A DNA stretch of 64,000 nucleotides from contig NC_087245.1 in the NCBI RefSeq assembly GCF_037042905.1, positions 42,720,001-42,784,000 of the forward strand. The letters are read 5' to 3'. The stretch is from Lytechinus pictus. Its lineage: Eukaryota. The notes under the pieces are model-generated. The model was not told the origin of the DNA. It made no database searches and worked only from the letters and a program-made list of their open reading frames with translations. A program made the translations under genes and the position numbers. Shown here one piece after another: positions 12,901 through 24,758 of this stretch (its first letter is position 1; the number at the start of each line of letters is the position of its first letter).

Positions 12901-15900
12901 TTCGGAAGACACACTCGGTCGCATCGATCTCGGATCCCGAGCTAGTGTTGAGGAGATGGCCCGAGCTGGATACCACAGCACATGAACTGCAGAAGAGTCG
13001 GAGTGGCTATAACACGATATAATAATAATCATAATCATAATATGAGTCATACTTCGTTTCGCGTGAACAACTAGCCCCCGGCCCACCCCCAAGAAGTAAC
13101 AAGATCGGGGAAAGATGTTAAAATTCATCACCACTAATACCATTACCATTATTTTCTCCACAAGGGTATAGTTTCATGGGTGGAGAAGGGGGAAGAGGAT
13201 CGGTTTTTTTTTCTTCCTGACATGAATCACATTGGTAATGTATAGTTACAAAAACAGCCATACCTCTTTCCTTTTCTTCCTTTATTTTTTTCACTACTTA
13301 AAAAATCTAGGGCCCTGTAGTCTCGCCCTTGATTTTCCCAATGAACAATGCCTCATATTAGGTTATGGCCTTTGCTTTGTACTTGTATGAGATTTTATTT
13401 ATTTATTCATCTGAAAGGAAGATCTGGCACACAGAAGCTTGGTGTATTTTCATGGCGGCATATAGAGCATAATGGTTTAAAAGGTACGCGTATCTAAGCT
13501 TATAGCGAGTTTTTGCAATCACGACGGAGAGGGGTTTTTACAACATAAAAAATCTATTGACAATGCCCATCAAATCACAATGAACAGCGACGAAAACTTT
13601 GTCGAGAACTGGTAAACCGGGAGAGCTCTTCATTGTAAGATTCTCAGCTGACGAAAAATTGCAAATATATCGTTTGTCCAGAGTCCAGGCCCGGGGGCCA
13701 CTTACATTGACGATTGGATACCATTCGCGACCCCCCCCCCCCCAAAAAAAAAACAAAAAAAAAAAAACACATAAAAAGAACGTCATTTTCATTAAAAAAA
13801 ACATCGCTGTACTTGATTAGGGGATCAATTCAAGGAATACTTCCCAAGGGTGTCGTTTTAATTCCAATACTTGTTACGGGTGGGGTTTTACACGTCAATA
13901 CATGTTAACGGGTGCATTTTCAGAATATGGAAAATACTTATTTAGGGTGCTTTTCGAGACCCCATGGTCGCGAATGGTATCCACTCGTCAATGGAAGTGG
14001 TCCTCCCGGGAGTCCAGGTCGAAACTGCTGATTTGATTCATCGATTTCGACAAAGACTGCTTTGTCATGAAGGGCTTTTGACAAGATGTTTTCTGTGTTG
14101 TATAGAATCCGTCTCCGTCGTGATTGCGAACCCCCCTATTGTGTGACTGGAGATTTGAAGGTACTGGGAATGATACTGCATTACTTTAATAAGAACAAAT
14201 CAAATCTTCAATTCATTACCTCCCCTGACAATATGTCAATATATCCCTCATGCTGAGCCCTGCGAAACCTCTCAGGAGCCGGTTTGACTTTCTGAGGAAT
14301 CGGGTCTGAATTCGATGTTGAGTTTGTCCCCAAGATTGGATTGTTATTTCTATGTTTTCGTCGGGATTCAAGCTTTTGTCGCATGGAACGTGATCGGTCG
14401 TTGGAGGCGGGTTCGGTCAATTCTCCGGTCGGTTTGTAAATGAGGGTGACATAGACGAGAGAGAAAATGAGAGAGTATGTTGCCATGATCACCAATACCT
14501 GTAGAGGGCGCTATATGCATCCAGGGAGAAACAAAAATAGAAACGAAATTGATATCTAGTATAGTATATAATAGAGCACAAGTTTATTCAGTTATCGGTT
14601 CATCCTTAGTGTAATAACAGGCACAAAATTTTGAATTCGCAAGGCATTTCCCTACTGAAGGATATGAGTGTCTGCTTGTATGTATATCATTCCGTGCAAC
14701 GTACAGCCACGCAAATTTCGTGCCTGCTTACACTTAGGATCGACCCAGTTATCAGAGGACTACTCTGATGGACAATGCAATGTTTTTATCTTGGCATCTA
14801 CCATTCTATACTAAATGAGAACTAGCCACTTTCTGTTCTATACAATGAATCGAAACATCCGCATATACTCCTTGATTAAATGAAATGTTCACTCGGGTTA
14901 TACGTCACAACCAATGGCATAAGCATGAAAAACCGGGGACTGTTTTATGACAGATATCATCACTGACAGGTTATCAAGCATTAGCCAACGTTTATTATTA
15001 CAAGAGTCGTACCCATGTGGTTCTCAGGCAATCAAAACTAAAAAAAAAATTTAAGCGACATAGGCTGACGAAAAAAGCCTCCCCATCCAACTGCTTTATC
15101 TCTTCACCCAGGGGCCGTTTCATGAAGCTGTTCGTAAGTTAAAAGCGACTTTAAGAACGACTGGTAATCCTTTTTTTTTGTGGTAAGTGTGATAACACCA
15201 AGATGTCCATTGGCGATAGTTTAGCGCGTAAGAAAGGTTCACCAGTCGTTCTTCAAGTCGCACTTAACTTATACGAACAGCTTTATGAAACATCCACCTG
15301 ATATGCCGACTAACACAATATAAGACCCACCCCCTCCTCTATACCTCGTGACCAGGGGATTTGGTTTTTTTTTCTTATGGGAGCGGGATCCGTTGCCATT
15401 TTTGAGGGTGTTTATAGCTGTGCCCCCCATGAACTTTAATATCTTTCGATATGACAGGAGCTTGTATAAGCTTTTCTGGAGGGTGCTCACTTTTTCAAAA
15501 TTAGCTTCTAGTGGACAAAATCAGTCAGAATGTTTCTTCATTAAAATAAGGCTTTTCCAAGGGGGGGGGGGGGGGGGAGCGCAACCCCCATAAACCCCGA
15601 ATGGTAGTGTCCGACCCATGAACTAGATTATAATAAAACTACACTTGTATGGTTCATTTTGAGAAATGTCTATAAGCCCCGGTAAATTACTATTCATTTA
15701 TTTTGTAATCATATTTATATATTTATTTACATCGTTTATATATTTTTTTGGGCCTTTCCATTTTGTAGAAGCGTCAGCGGCTACTTAACGTGTAAGCTTA
15801 TATTTTTGTTAAATGTACACCTATATTTTGTCATTTTATTTATCTTGGTTGAAAAGGGTAGATTATAGTACCGGAGGGGCGTTTTCGAAAGGGGCGTTCT

Positions 15901-18900
15901 CGAGGGGGCCAGCTGATAGACGTTTCCTGAGACATAGATATTATTTTAAGGTTCAGACCAAATGAGCTCAGAAAGATGAGTCAATGGTAAATCATGTTCC
16001 CAGACTAAATTATTGTTTTTCTTCCTTTAGCACAAATTCCGTTTCCATCTGAAAAGGTTACTTCCTTGATTGACTGACATAGCAATAACAATGGACTCGT
16101 AACTTTAGACTTTATCGTATGATTGAGTAATCATTTGATAAAAAACGAAAACATTACAAGATAAGGGAAAACCATTCAGTAAATGGTCCCTGAGCCTGCA
16201 TCACACTGTCACAGGAAAGAATGATTGTTTATATTACGGATCATTTTATCCAAAAGCATAGATTGCCCTAGTTTAATTGCTATTTGATCAACCTTAATTG
16301 GTAATACCATTAATTTTGGCGTAAATTCTTATACGATTATGAATTATGGTCGTTATGATTAGTGACCCAAAGTGTCTAAAGTTTAAGGATAACGAACACA
16401 ATTTCGGATTATGAAATAGCGATAAGTATGATAAATGACGCTCATAAGAAATGATGAATAAATCTTTTTGGCCTATTATTACAATTTTTGCCTATTTTTT
16501 TTTTTAATATTTGAATTCATAACACAGTGATATTCAATGTTTGACTTTCTATTCAAATTGAAATAAACTTTTTTTTGGGGTGGACTTGTCGTTTGAAGGG
16601 ACCGTAAACTCTAACATGATTTAGCTTGTCAGCATTGATCAACAATAACCTATATATTATTAGGTGATGCAATGTGAAGAAATTCGAGGGAGAGTTTCAC
16701 CGAACCAGGAAAAATTGGGGGATCAGTTTGAGGTTATAACGCAGGGAGACGGGGCTGCAGAGAATGTCTTCGATAATTTGTATGCCTCTTGTCCAATCCC
16801 CCTCCCCGAAAAATTCTGCGTTCCGTCATCGGGGTACTCATGCCTGATATGGAAACGAAATGAATAAAAATAGCTTAATCAAATAAATTGAAAATGTTAC
16901 TTTTTTTAAATAGAAATCGCATAAAAAAATAACACAATTAGCAAATGTTGCATTATTGTGGTGGAACCGATACTCCCCCTGCATAATTAGGCAGGGAGTG
17001 TATAGGTCGATGATGCCGCCAACACTTCGTCTTGTGTATTAAAGGGGAAGCACACCCTGACAAAAAGTTTATTGAAAAATAGCAGAAAAATAATTTTAAA
17101 AATGCCGAAGGTTTGAGAAACATCCATCAAAGAATAAAAAAGTTATTATGATTTTAATCATTTTATTTGTGACGTCATATGCGAGCAGCTTTCCTACATA
17201 TCGTATGGTAAAAAATCAATGAAATGTCATTTTCTCAGAAAAATGAAAATGGTTTAAATTACTGTACCTTCAGTTTATCAATAGGCAAATTATTTCACAC
17301 CCTTTCCTAAAAAGAAAACAAAAATAAGTCATCAAGAACCATCAAAATTTTGAAATTTATGCAAATTTATATTACATAACATATCGGGCAGCTGCATGCT
17401 CGTTTATGACGTCACAAATTCAAAACTTAAAGTTGTAATAACTCTCTTACTCAAACCTTTAACAATGTTTTTTTTTCTTTTCTTTTTTACCCCAAAAAAA
17501 TTCTTAGGATGAACTTTCCCTTTGAAAATCGTTGAAACTCCTTTTTACGCTTGTTTGTAAATAATATCTCCCTGCAACAAAATCGGGACCTTATACATTA
17601 TCCTGATTATTTCGGAGTAAATCCAGATTTACTTGGTGTAGACAATTTTAATGACTGTAATTTCAATATCAAAATCCAACGAAGTGGGGTTATAGCTTTC
17701 GTAGTACAACCATGGTAATATGATCACAACTGCTTCACCGAAATGATTTATTTAAAAATGCCTCAAATTCGTTATTTTTTATCCGATTTCGATTAAGTTG
17801 CCAATTATTAATTCCTTAATTCATATTCATTCAAAAAAAATTAAGCGGTCGATAAAAGAGTCATGAAAATAATGGTATCTCGTGTTAAATACAATTTTAC
17901 GATTGCAAATTTTGACATTTGGTAGATCATTTGTTTTCGACAATCTTGCCTTGTGTTGCCATCTGGTGATCCTTGTCACCACGTTTGTCATTTTCGAATC
18001 GGAGTAGGTTAGTCTTAACATGCTTAAGGTGACCAATGAAGAATCTAATGGTGAAAAAGGCACATTTAGTGATAGTTGTTTGCGTTTGTTGAAGTGGTTT
18101 AACTTTTGGTATAAAAAAAATATCAAAATTCAAACCCTTTTTATCGATAAAACTATCGACTGAATGTTTCGATGGCATTTCTTCAACGTAATTGTCGTCT
18201 GACAAGTTATCAGATCCGACAAATTCCTTTTATATTGATTAATTGAGAAGCACATTTCCTACATCCGACAAGTTCCTTCATCCTGTTTATGAAACGCTCC
18301 TCAGATTTTTGACAAAATCACAGTGCTTGGAGAAAAAGATGTCGTTTTTTGTTCACTCGCTTCGCTCACTCTCATTTTCAGTAATTATACTACATACAGA
18401 ATGTTAGCTCATTGTGCCACTGGAAGATAGAAAACACACTTTACACTTAAACAAAAATTATCCAATATTGGGTAAAATGGGAACATGAATGTTTGTTGGG
18501 TAAAAATATATCAGTAAATTTTACGCAATGTTGCGATGACGTTTACCCTTAAAACATGCATTTTACCCAATATTGGAGGGAAAAATACCCAGCAAACATG
18601 CATGTTCCCTTTTTTTTACCCAAAATTGGGGAATTTTTTACTCGATGTTTTTAGAGTGTAGAATAATAAGAAAAGAGGATATGATCTAAAGTGAAAATTG
18701 TGTGATTTGAGGTTATCTGCTTAAAATAAGAAATCATCTGCAAGGGGTTTGGTGAATTTGTTCAGCTTGGACCTGACAACACTGTGTACGATTGGTGAGA
18801 TAGGCGGTTAATATTTATTTTCTTCTTGTTTCTAGGACGATCTTGACATGGAATAAGATGACAGTTCTTTAATCTTCTTTTAAAAAGATTTTGGATACAA

Positions 18901-21900
18901 GAAAAAAAAAACACTTTCCTGTTTCCGGGACGATCTTGATACGCTGACAGTCGTTTGTTTGTTTTTTCCACTCGCTTCGCTCACTCTCATTATAAGTAAT
19001 TACACTGCATACAGAATGCTAGCTCATTATGTCACTGGAAGATAGAAAACACAATAAGAATAATAAAAGAAAGAGTAAAAAAAAACCCGTGATCTAAAGT
19101 GAAAATTGTGGGATTTGCGGTTAACGTACTGCTTAAAAAAATCATCTGCAAGTGGTTTGGTGAATTTGTTCAGCTTGGACCTGACAACATTGTGTACGAT
19201 TGGCATGTTTGGTGAGATAGGCGGTTAATGTTTGATTATGATGTATTGAATTTATTTCCTTCTTGTTTCCGGGGCAATCTTGACATGTAATAAGCTGGCA
19301 GTTCTTTAATCATCTTTCAAAAGGTTTCGAATTTAAGAAACAAATAATATTTTCCTGTTTCCGGGACGATCTTGATGTGTATACGCTGACAGTCGATTAA
19401 TCATGTTAAAAGATGATTTGAACCAAATTAAATAAATACGAGTTTTCTTGTTTCCGGGAAGACCTTGAGGTACATACAAGCTGACTGTCATTTAGTCATG
19501 TTATAAAAAAAAAGTTTGAACTTGCACTTTGTGGCCTGTGCCAGACAGTTGTTGTTCCAAAGTTCTTATGTCAGACGTGCGGAGGATGATCATTGTCATG
19601 TCGCAGTCACACTCAACAAACTGATCCAGACTGATTTACAACTATTACCTTATTTTTCAATATACCACGGGTGGGTTTGGTTTCCGTGATATGACTGGGA
19701 CATCCATGCAGGCAACAGTTTCACCACAGGTCAGACAGGGGCTCCAAATTGACATTGACATGACTGCTCCTTCATGTTTTAAAGGGACTAGCAGTGGCGT
19801 AATGAGTTCAAATTTTTGAGGAAGTCAGAAATGGCGTATCGGGCAAAATTTATAAAAAGTTGCGAGCGAGCGAAGTGAGCGAGCAAGAATTTCGACATTC
19901 TTATTACAAAATTGTGATAGATTTTGACTCATGAAATATTCAGTAAAGAATATCATATTTCACTATTCTACCTTTCATGTTCTTTCCTTTTTTCTCTTTT
20001 CTTCTTAATCGTTGATTTTTTTTTTTTTTTTTTGGGGGGGGGGGAGCAAGCGCCCCAAGCCCCCTCAAAAAAGTCTATACGCCAATGGGGACTAGCCATC
20101 TATGACGTTCAGGTTAATATAGTGGCATCGAGGCCTGTCAATTCCTTGTAAGTTATACACTGCAAAACAGCGTTGTTAAAGGTCAAGTCTACTCAAGGAA
20201 AATGCTTAATTGAATAAATAGAAAAAAATCAAACTAGCATAGTGCTTAAAATTTTATCAAAATCGGATGTAAATTAAGAAAGTTATGACATTTTAAAGTT
20301 TCGCTTATTTTTCACAAAACAGTGATATGCACAACTAGGTGAGTCAGTCGATGATGTCCATCACTAACTATTTCTTTTGTTTTTTATTGTTTGAATTATA
20401 CAATATTTCATTTTTTTATAGGTTTGACGATAAGGACCAACTTGACTGAACCATAAAGTATTAAACAATGCTAATTCCACTTGTTCAGGGAAGAATTAAT
20501 CGTTGTAGCACTTGACAATGAGAAGAAAATTAGAATATTTCATTTTTCATGTAATAAAATACAAAAGAAATAGTGAGTGGATGACGTCATAGTCTCCTCA
20601 TTTGCATACCGACCAGGAAGTGCATGTAACTGTTTTGTGAAAATGAGCGAAACTTTAAAATGTCATAACTTTCTTATATTACATCTGATTTTGATGAAAT
20701 TTTCAGTGTTATGCTTGTTGGATTTTTCTCTTTTTATTCAAATCAACTTTTTGTTGGGGTGGACTTGTCCTTTAATTTAACACCAGCCCGATATCAATAC
20801 AGGAAAAGACCAGACATGCCAGAGAAGTGTTAAAGCAAACACCGGTTTTGCTTTGGGCCCACTCCAGATGAGCGTTTAAACAACACCAATCAGTGTTAAA
20901 ACAACATTGATTTGATTCTTAACTGGTAATTTTCTTTTTAGATACCGGGCTGGTGTTAGATTAATAATGGTGTTTTGTAGTGTCTTACTCTTTCTTCATC
21001 CAAGCAAACTGTTGGACTTATCAATAAAAGCAATAAACGTTTAAACTGCACGAACTATTTGAATGATCCGAGACTGGTCAATTCCCTTTCGCATTTCCCA
21101 GCAATATTCCAGTAAGTCTCGAAGCAACGTACAAGAACGGCTTGTACAACATGTACAATGTAAACATTAATATTATTCAAAACATAACTCCAGCTCTAGA
21201 TTTTTGTTATTACTACCTAGAAATATGCTGTCGTTGCCGGAGTATAATGGTGGTGTGTTTCAGAAAGCATCTACCCCTCTTCTTCTTTTTTTCCACAAAA
21301 CTGATTTAAGGAAATTTCAAATTTCCTTTATATTTTGGACTGATTCAATTAGCTTTTTAGCGCGAATTTCGCCATGAAATTATTCATGAAATTAAGAAAT
21401 AGCACATTTTGGCTCGCTGCGCTTTCTCGCAAATCATAGTGCACAACGCCGAAAATTCACCGCCTAAAATACCATAGTGTAGCATTGGCCGTCTCTAATT
21501 ATTGGTGAGGCTCTTCCAAAGATTTTTTTTTCATCTATTCAACAAAAAAATTGTTGATTGCATTTAATTGCATTTGTCAACCAAGGCACGTAGAAGTAGA
21601 GTATCAGTGCTAGCACCACAGGTCTTCCGTTTTAGTTTTGTGTCGAAAGTCAAAAGAAAGACCGACAGTGTTTCCCTTTAAGCTTACAGGTGAGTCCCTA
21701 TGATGTGTGCATGGTCTATTTCTTTTCCGAAGAAATTATGCCTAGCTACGGGACATAACGAAAACAATTTTACATTCTTTCGCACCTGAACTTCTGTCTC
21801 TGCTCTGTCTGTCTTGTCTACCCCTTCCCCCCTCTCTATTTCTTTCTCTCTGTTTCTTCAGTGTCCCTTTTTAGTATAATTATTCTTAAAATATGCACCA

Positions 21901-24758
21901 AGCATTTATAATGTCATGTGTGTATAATATTTTACATGATTATACTTTCTCTTCTTTCATCATTCTCTAGCATATATTGTCTCGAGTATAATGTAGCCCA
22001 AATATGTGCGTTGCAGTCATATTCGTGCAACAGTCACTGTTTTGGAATGTTATACCAAAGACCTAGGTCTGTGGTGTTAATACCAAGAAACGCTCTTGTT
22101 TGGTCTACTACCATTGACGTAAGCAAACTTCACAATGCCAAGCTTTACTGGTGAAAATATCAAATGTTCTTGTTTAGTCGTTATGCTGCCTCGCGCGAAG
22201 ACATCTCTTATTATCTGGAATTTCTTAAATCAATTTGTGGGTTCAACAAGCTGATTTTCACTGGTATAAACTCACGAACGGCATTTCACTTGAGCCCCCT
22301 TTTTAATTTACACCGTGTGTGTTCAAAATCATATATTCAAAGGAGAAACGGTATATTTTCTTGGTCGCTACGCTTTTTCGTACGCGTAAACATCCGAGCG
22401 TCCGTTCACTACGATGTCTTATCTGCCTATAGACAATTTCGAAGATTAAAAATTTTCACTTTCACCAGTGAAAACTTCCAAATATATCCCTTTCAATATT
22501 CAGGGCCCCATTTTGGGCCGTTGCTATATATCAAAGATGATGTGGCCTGATGGCTTTAAAGGCTATAGCCACTGATTTGGTAATGTTTATGTTGATGAAG
22601 AGACATAAATCGAGGACCCAATCTTTGTATTTATATTTTGATACTGTTTGTTGGTCGCACCAGGACCCGCAGTTTTTTTTGTAGGTCCCATCATTTCTTT
22701 GACTTGAATCACTGGCGTAAATCCGTGTTGATGGGTGGGGGGGGGGGGGTGACTGAAATATTTTGGCATTTTTTTGCAATCATATTTTTAGATATGCAAG
22801 GAATTGTCATTGATATGTCCACAGTGGCGTACCGTGGGTCACGGCATTTACCAGCAAATACATTTTTGAATCACTGAGTGAGCGCGCTCAGTTGCCAGTT
22901 ATGCTGACCTAATAGAGACATTTTAGGGACAATGTCATTAAACGGATATGTATCTCACTGATCAAATAATGCGAGCGCGAAGCGCGAGGTGAATTTTTTT
23001 TATATTCACACCTAAAAAGGGACATTATAATCAAATTTGTGTAATCATGATAGGTACCTGTCTCGCTAAACAATGCGAGCGCGAAAGCGCGAGCTGAAAT
23101 TTTCGTATATTTTGACCCCAAACAGCGAGATTTTAAGGAATATATTTTAGGAATCCATTAAGAGTATGCATATCTCATCATAGTCATCTAATGCGAGTGC
23201 CAAGCGCTTGCTGATTTTATTAGAATTATATCTGAACACATGAAACACTTTTTGTAGTAATTGCAATCATGATTATCATACGCATCTCACTAATCAAATA
23301 TTGCGAGCGCGAAGTGCGAGCTGAAAATTTAGATAATTCAGACCTGAAGTGGGGCATTCTAAGGTTTCTTTGTAGGAATTAACTAGGACCATACGTATTT
23401 CATTAACCAAATGATGCGAGCGCGAAGCGCGAGCTGAAAATTTTTGATATTCAGATCAGAAGAAGGGACATTTTAAGGACTGAATTTAGGAATTTATGAA
23501 GAGCAGACATATCTCACCAATCCACTAATGCGAACGTAAACACGGACAGAAAATGTTTCATATATATACGAATACCTTAACATGGGGCAACCACTTTTTG
23601 AGTCATGTAAAAGAAGCATATGTCACTACATAAAACAATGATAACTCAAGTGCTAGGAAATATATTTGGTTTATATTGACTTGAAAACGGGATGTTTTAG
23701 TACAACAGGATTATATATCTCGTTAAAAAGACAATGCGAGCACCAGGAACAATAAAGACGTTGGCCCTGGGCAAATTGTGTTTCATAAAGTTATGGTAAA
23801 AATGTTTGTTATGTAATGTAACATAACATAATTATAATATAATATAACATTATAATAAATAATATTTTCTTCTTTCCCACTACGTTTCTCTTCCTTTCTT
23901 CCTCTTTTCTCCTTTTCCCCGTTTTTGTGTGTGTCCCCCATGCCCCCTCCCCCCGTAGTTACGCCACTGTATGTCCATATGGCAAATACCCCTCCAATAT
24001 TATTATCTTTTTTACCCCATGATGGTTTAATGGTTTTATTAGAGATTATATTCAAATTCTTTTGACATTCCATTATAATCCCTTCCCAAAGAACCCAACA
24101 TTGATGAATTGGAAGAAACGGGGGTTTCTCTTCAACGTTATAATAAGGACATAAGTATTTCGTTTGGAAATGGTGAACTGGCTCTTTATTTGCATTTTAT
24201 GATTCAATAATATTGTTTCATTTGTTAAGCGGTATTTTAGGAAGAATTTTCACCAATAAAACAATTATCTCTTGTGATTTTTTTATCATTTATTTCGTAA
24301 AAAGTGGGGGGGGGGGTGTTTTTACAGGCCACCCCCCCTCCTCGAAAAGTGGGGGGGGGGGATATATCCCCCCACCCCCCCGGGATTTACGCCAGTGACT
24401 TGAATCAAGCTTTAACTTTTTATCTCGTATCGCCATGTCATGTTATCTGCATTAATAGTTAGGCATTATTGTTGCTGCTTTTTTGATTTGAATGAAATGT
24501 CAAAATAAAAATATGAAAATAAATGAAATGAAAAAGGAAATGAAATAAAATAGTTAACAGAATACGCTTTCATTTCATTTAACATTGGATTCAAACTTTG
24601 AAAACAAGTAGTTTTATATTTACCAACATTTGACATATTTTTTAATGGCAACTTTAGAAGTTTGATAATATAAATAAATCCATTAAAATTTTGACTTTAT
24701 AACTGCGTGTTCTGCAGAGAAATAAACCGCATAAAAAATGCCATACCTCCCAAAGCAT
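3961..24758 (-). CDS. ST6GALNAC-like: GT29 sialyltransferase, ST6GalNAc III/IV/V/VI-like, ~477 aa. Coding exons 24758-24747, 14498-14220, 13006-12725, 11071-10926, 10281-10165, 9303-9148, 4402-3961
   Basis: All introns are GT-AG with compatible phases (CDS 1434 nt). Type II TM anchor MLWEVLVIMATYSLIFSLVYVTLIY. Sialylmotif L: CSSCAVVSSSGHLL..EIDATECVFRMNNAP..DVGTRT. Sialylmotif S: WLSTGWFTMLAAMDICNEINVYG. Motif III: PYHYYE. VS: HLFITEK. Then FKHPSW. The first 12-nt coding exon is less certain. Confidence 0.9.
4600..8300. repeat. 22-bp minisatellite (consensus CATACTGTRCTCACACAYCTWC) with higher-order repeats, inside intron 4403-9147
   Basis: Homogeneous core at ~4990-8120 with degenerate flanks. 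Variant units recur at 222-bp spacing (5379/5601/5823) and at 442- and 793-bp spacings (6111/6553/7346; 6419/7212). Confidence 0.95.
8535..9097. mobile_element. Tc1/mariner-type MITE
   Basis: TA-CAGTTGAGGCCAAAAGTTTACAAACACC ... GGTGTATGTAAACTTTTGGCTTAAACTG-TA. Tc1-like TIRs and TA TSD. Confidence 0.8.
9915..10151. mobile_element. MITE with ~65-bp TIRs (CACTGCAAAAACT family)
   Basis: CACTGCAAAAACTCTGGTGTTGATTTAACACCAGCCCGGAATCTATATATGTCCACACCAGAG and its reverse complement at the other end. Related copies at ~11505-11675, 20158-20982 and ~38892-39133. Confidence 0.85.
11832..12690. mobile_element. MITE with GGGGAAGGCGGGRTAAGTTG TIRs, TA-flanked
   Basis: TIRs at both ends flanked by TA. Internal GGGGCAAGTTGAGCCA repeats occur in both orientations. 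Confidence 0.75.
15109..15300. mobile_element. MITE with ~55-bp imperfect TIRs (possibly PIF/Harbinger-like)
   Basis: GTTTCATGAAGCTGTTCGTAAGTTAAAAGCGACTTTAAGAACGACTGGT ... ACCAGTCGTTCTTCAAGTCGCACTTAACTTATACGAACAGCTTTATGAAAC. Confidence 0.65.
17043..17521. mobile_element. Degenerate TTAA-type MITE
   Basis: TTAA-AGGGGAAGCACACCCTG ... GGATGAACTTTCCCT-TTGAA. Internal GTGACGTCAT / ATGACGTCAC inverted motifs. Confidence 0.55.
18345..19500. repeat. Diverged ~400-bp tandem duplication; copy 1 carries a ~220-bp palindromic insertion
   Basis: 18354-18440 plus 18661-18960 match 18969-19400. The insert at 18442-18660 (TACACT...AGTGTA termini) is absent from copy 2. Confidence 0.7.
19792..20087. mobile_element. 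hAT-like MITE
   Basis: CAGTGGCGTA...TACGCCAATG termini. Exact 8-bp TSD GGGACTAG (19784-19791, 20088-20095). Confidence 0.8.
20180..20771. mobile_element. TTAA-TSD MITE (Kolobok/piggyBac-like), nested inside a CACTGCAAAA-family MITE (20158-20982)
   Basis: TTAA-AGGTCAAGTCTAC...GTGGACTTGTCCT-TTAA. Removing it rejoins the host TIR CACTGCAAAAC..GTTG|TTAA|TTTAACACCAGCCCG. Confidence 0.8.
22710..24397. mobile_element. hAT-like non-autonomous element (outer)
   Basis: CACTGGCGTAAATCC / GGATTTACGCCAGTG TIRs. Exact 8-bp TSD ACTTGAAT (22702-22709, 24398-24405). Confidence 0.85.
22822..23969. mobile_element. hAT-like non-autonomous element nested in 22710-24397
   Basis: CAGTGGCGTA / TACGCCACTG termini and exact 8-bp TSD TATGTCCA. 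Internal ~110-bp tandem units carry GCGAGCGCGAAGCGCGAGC. Confidence 0.85.
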
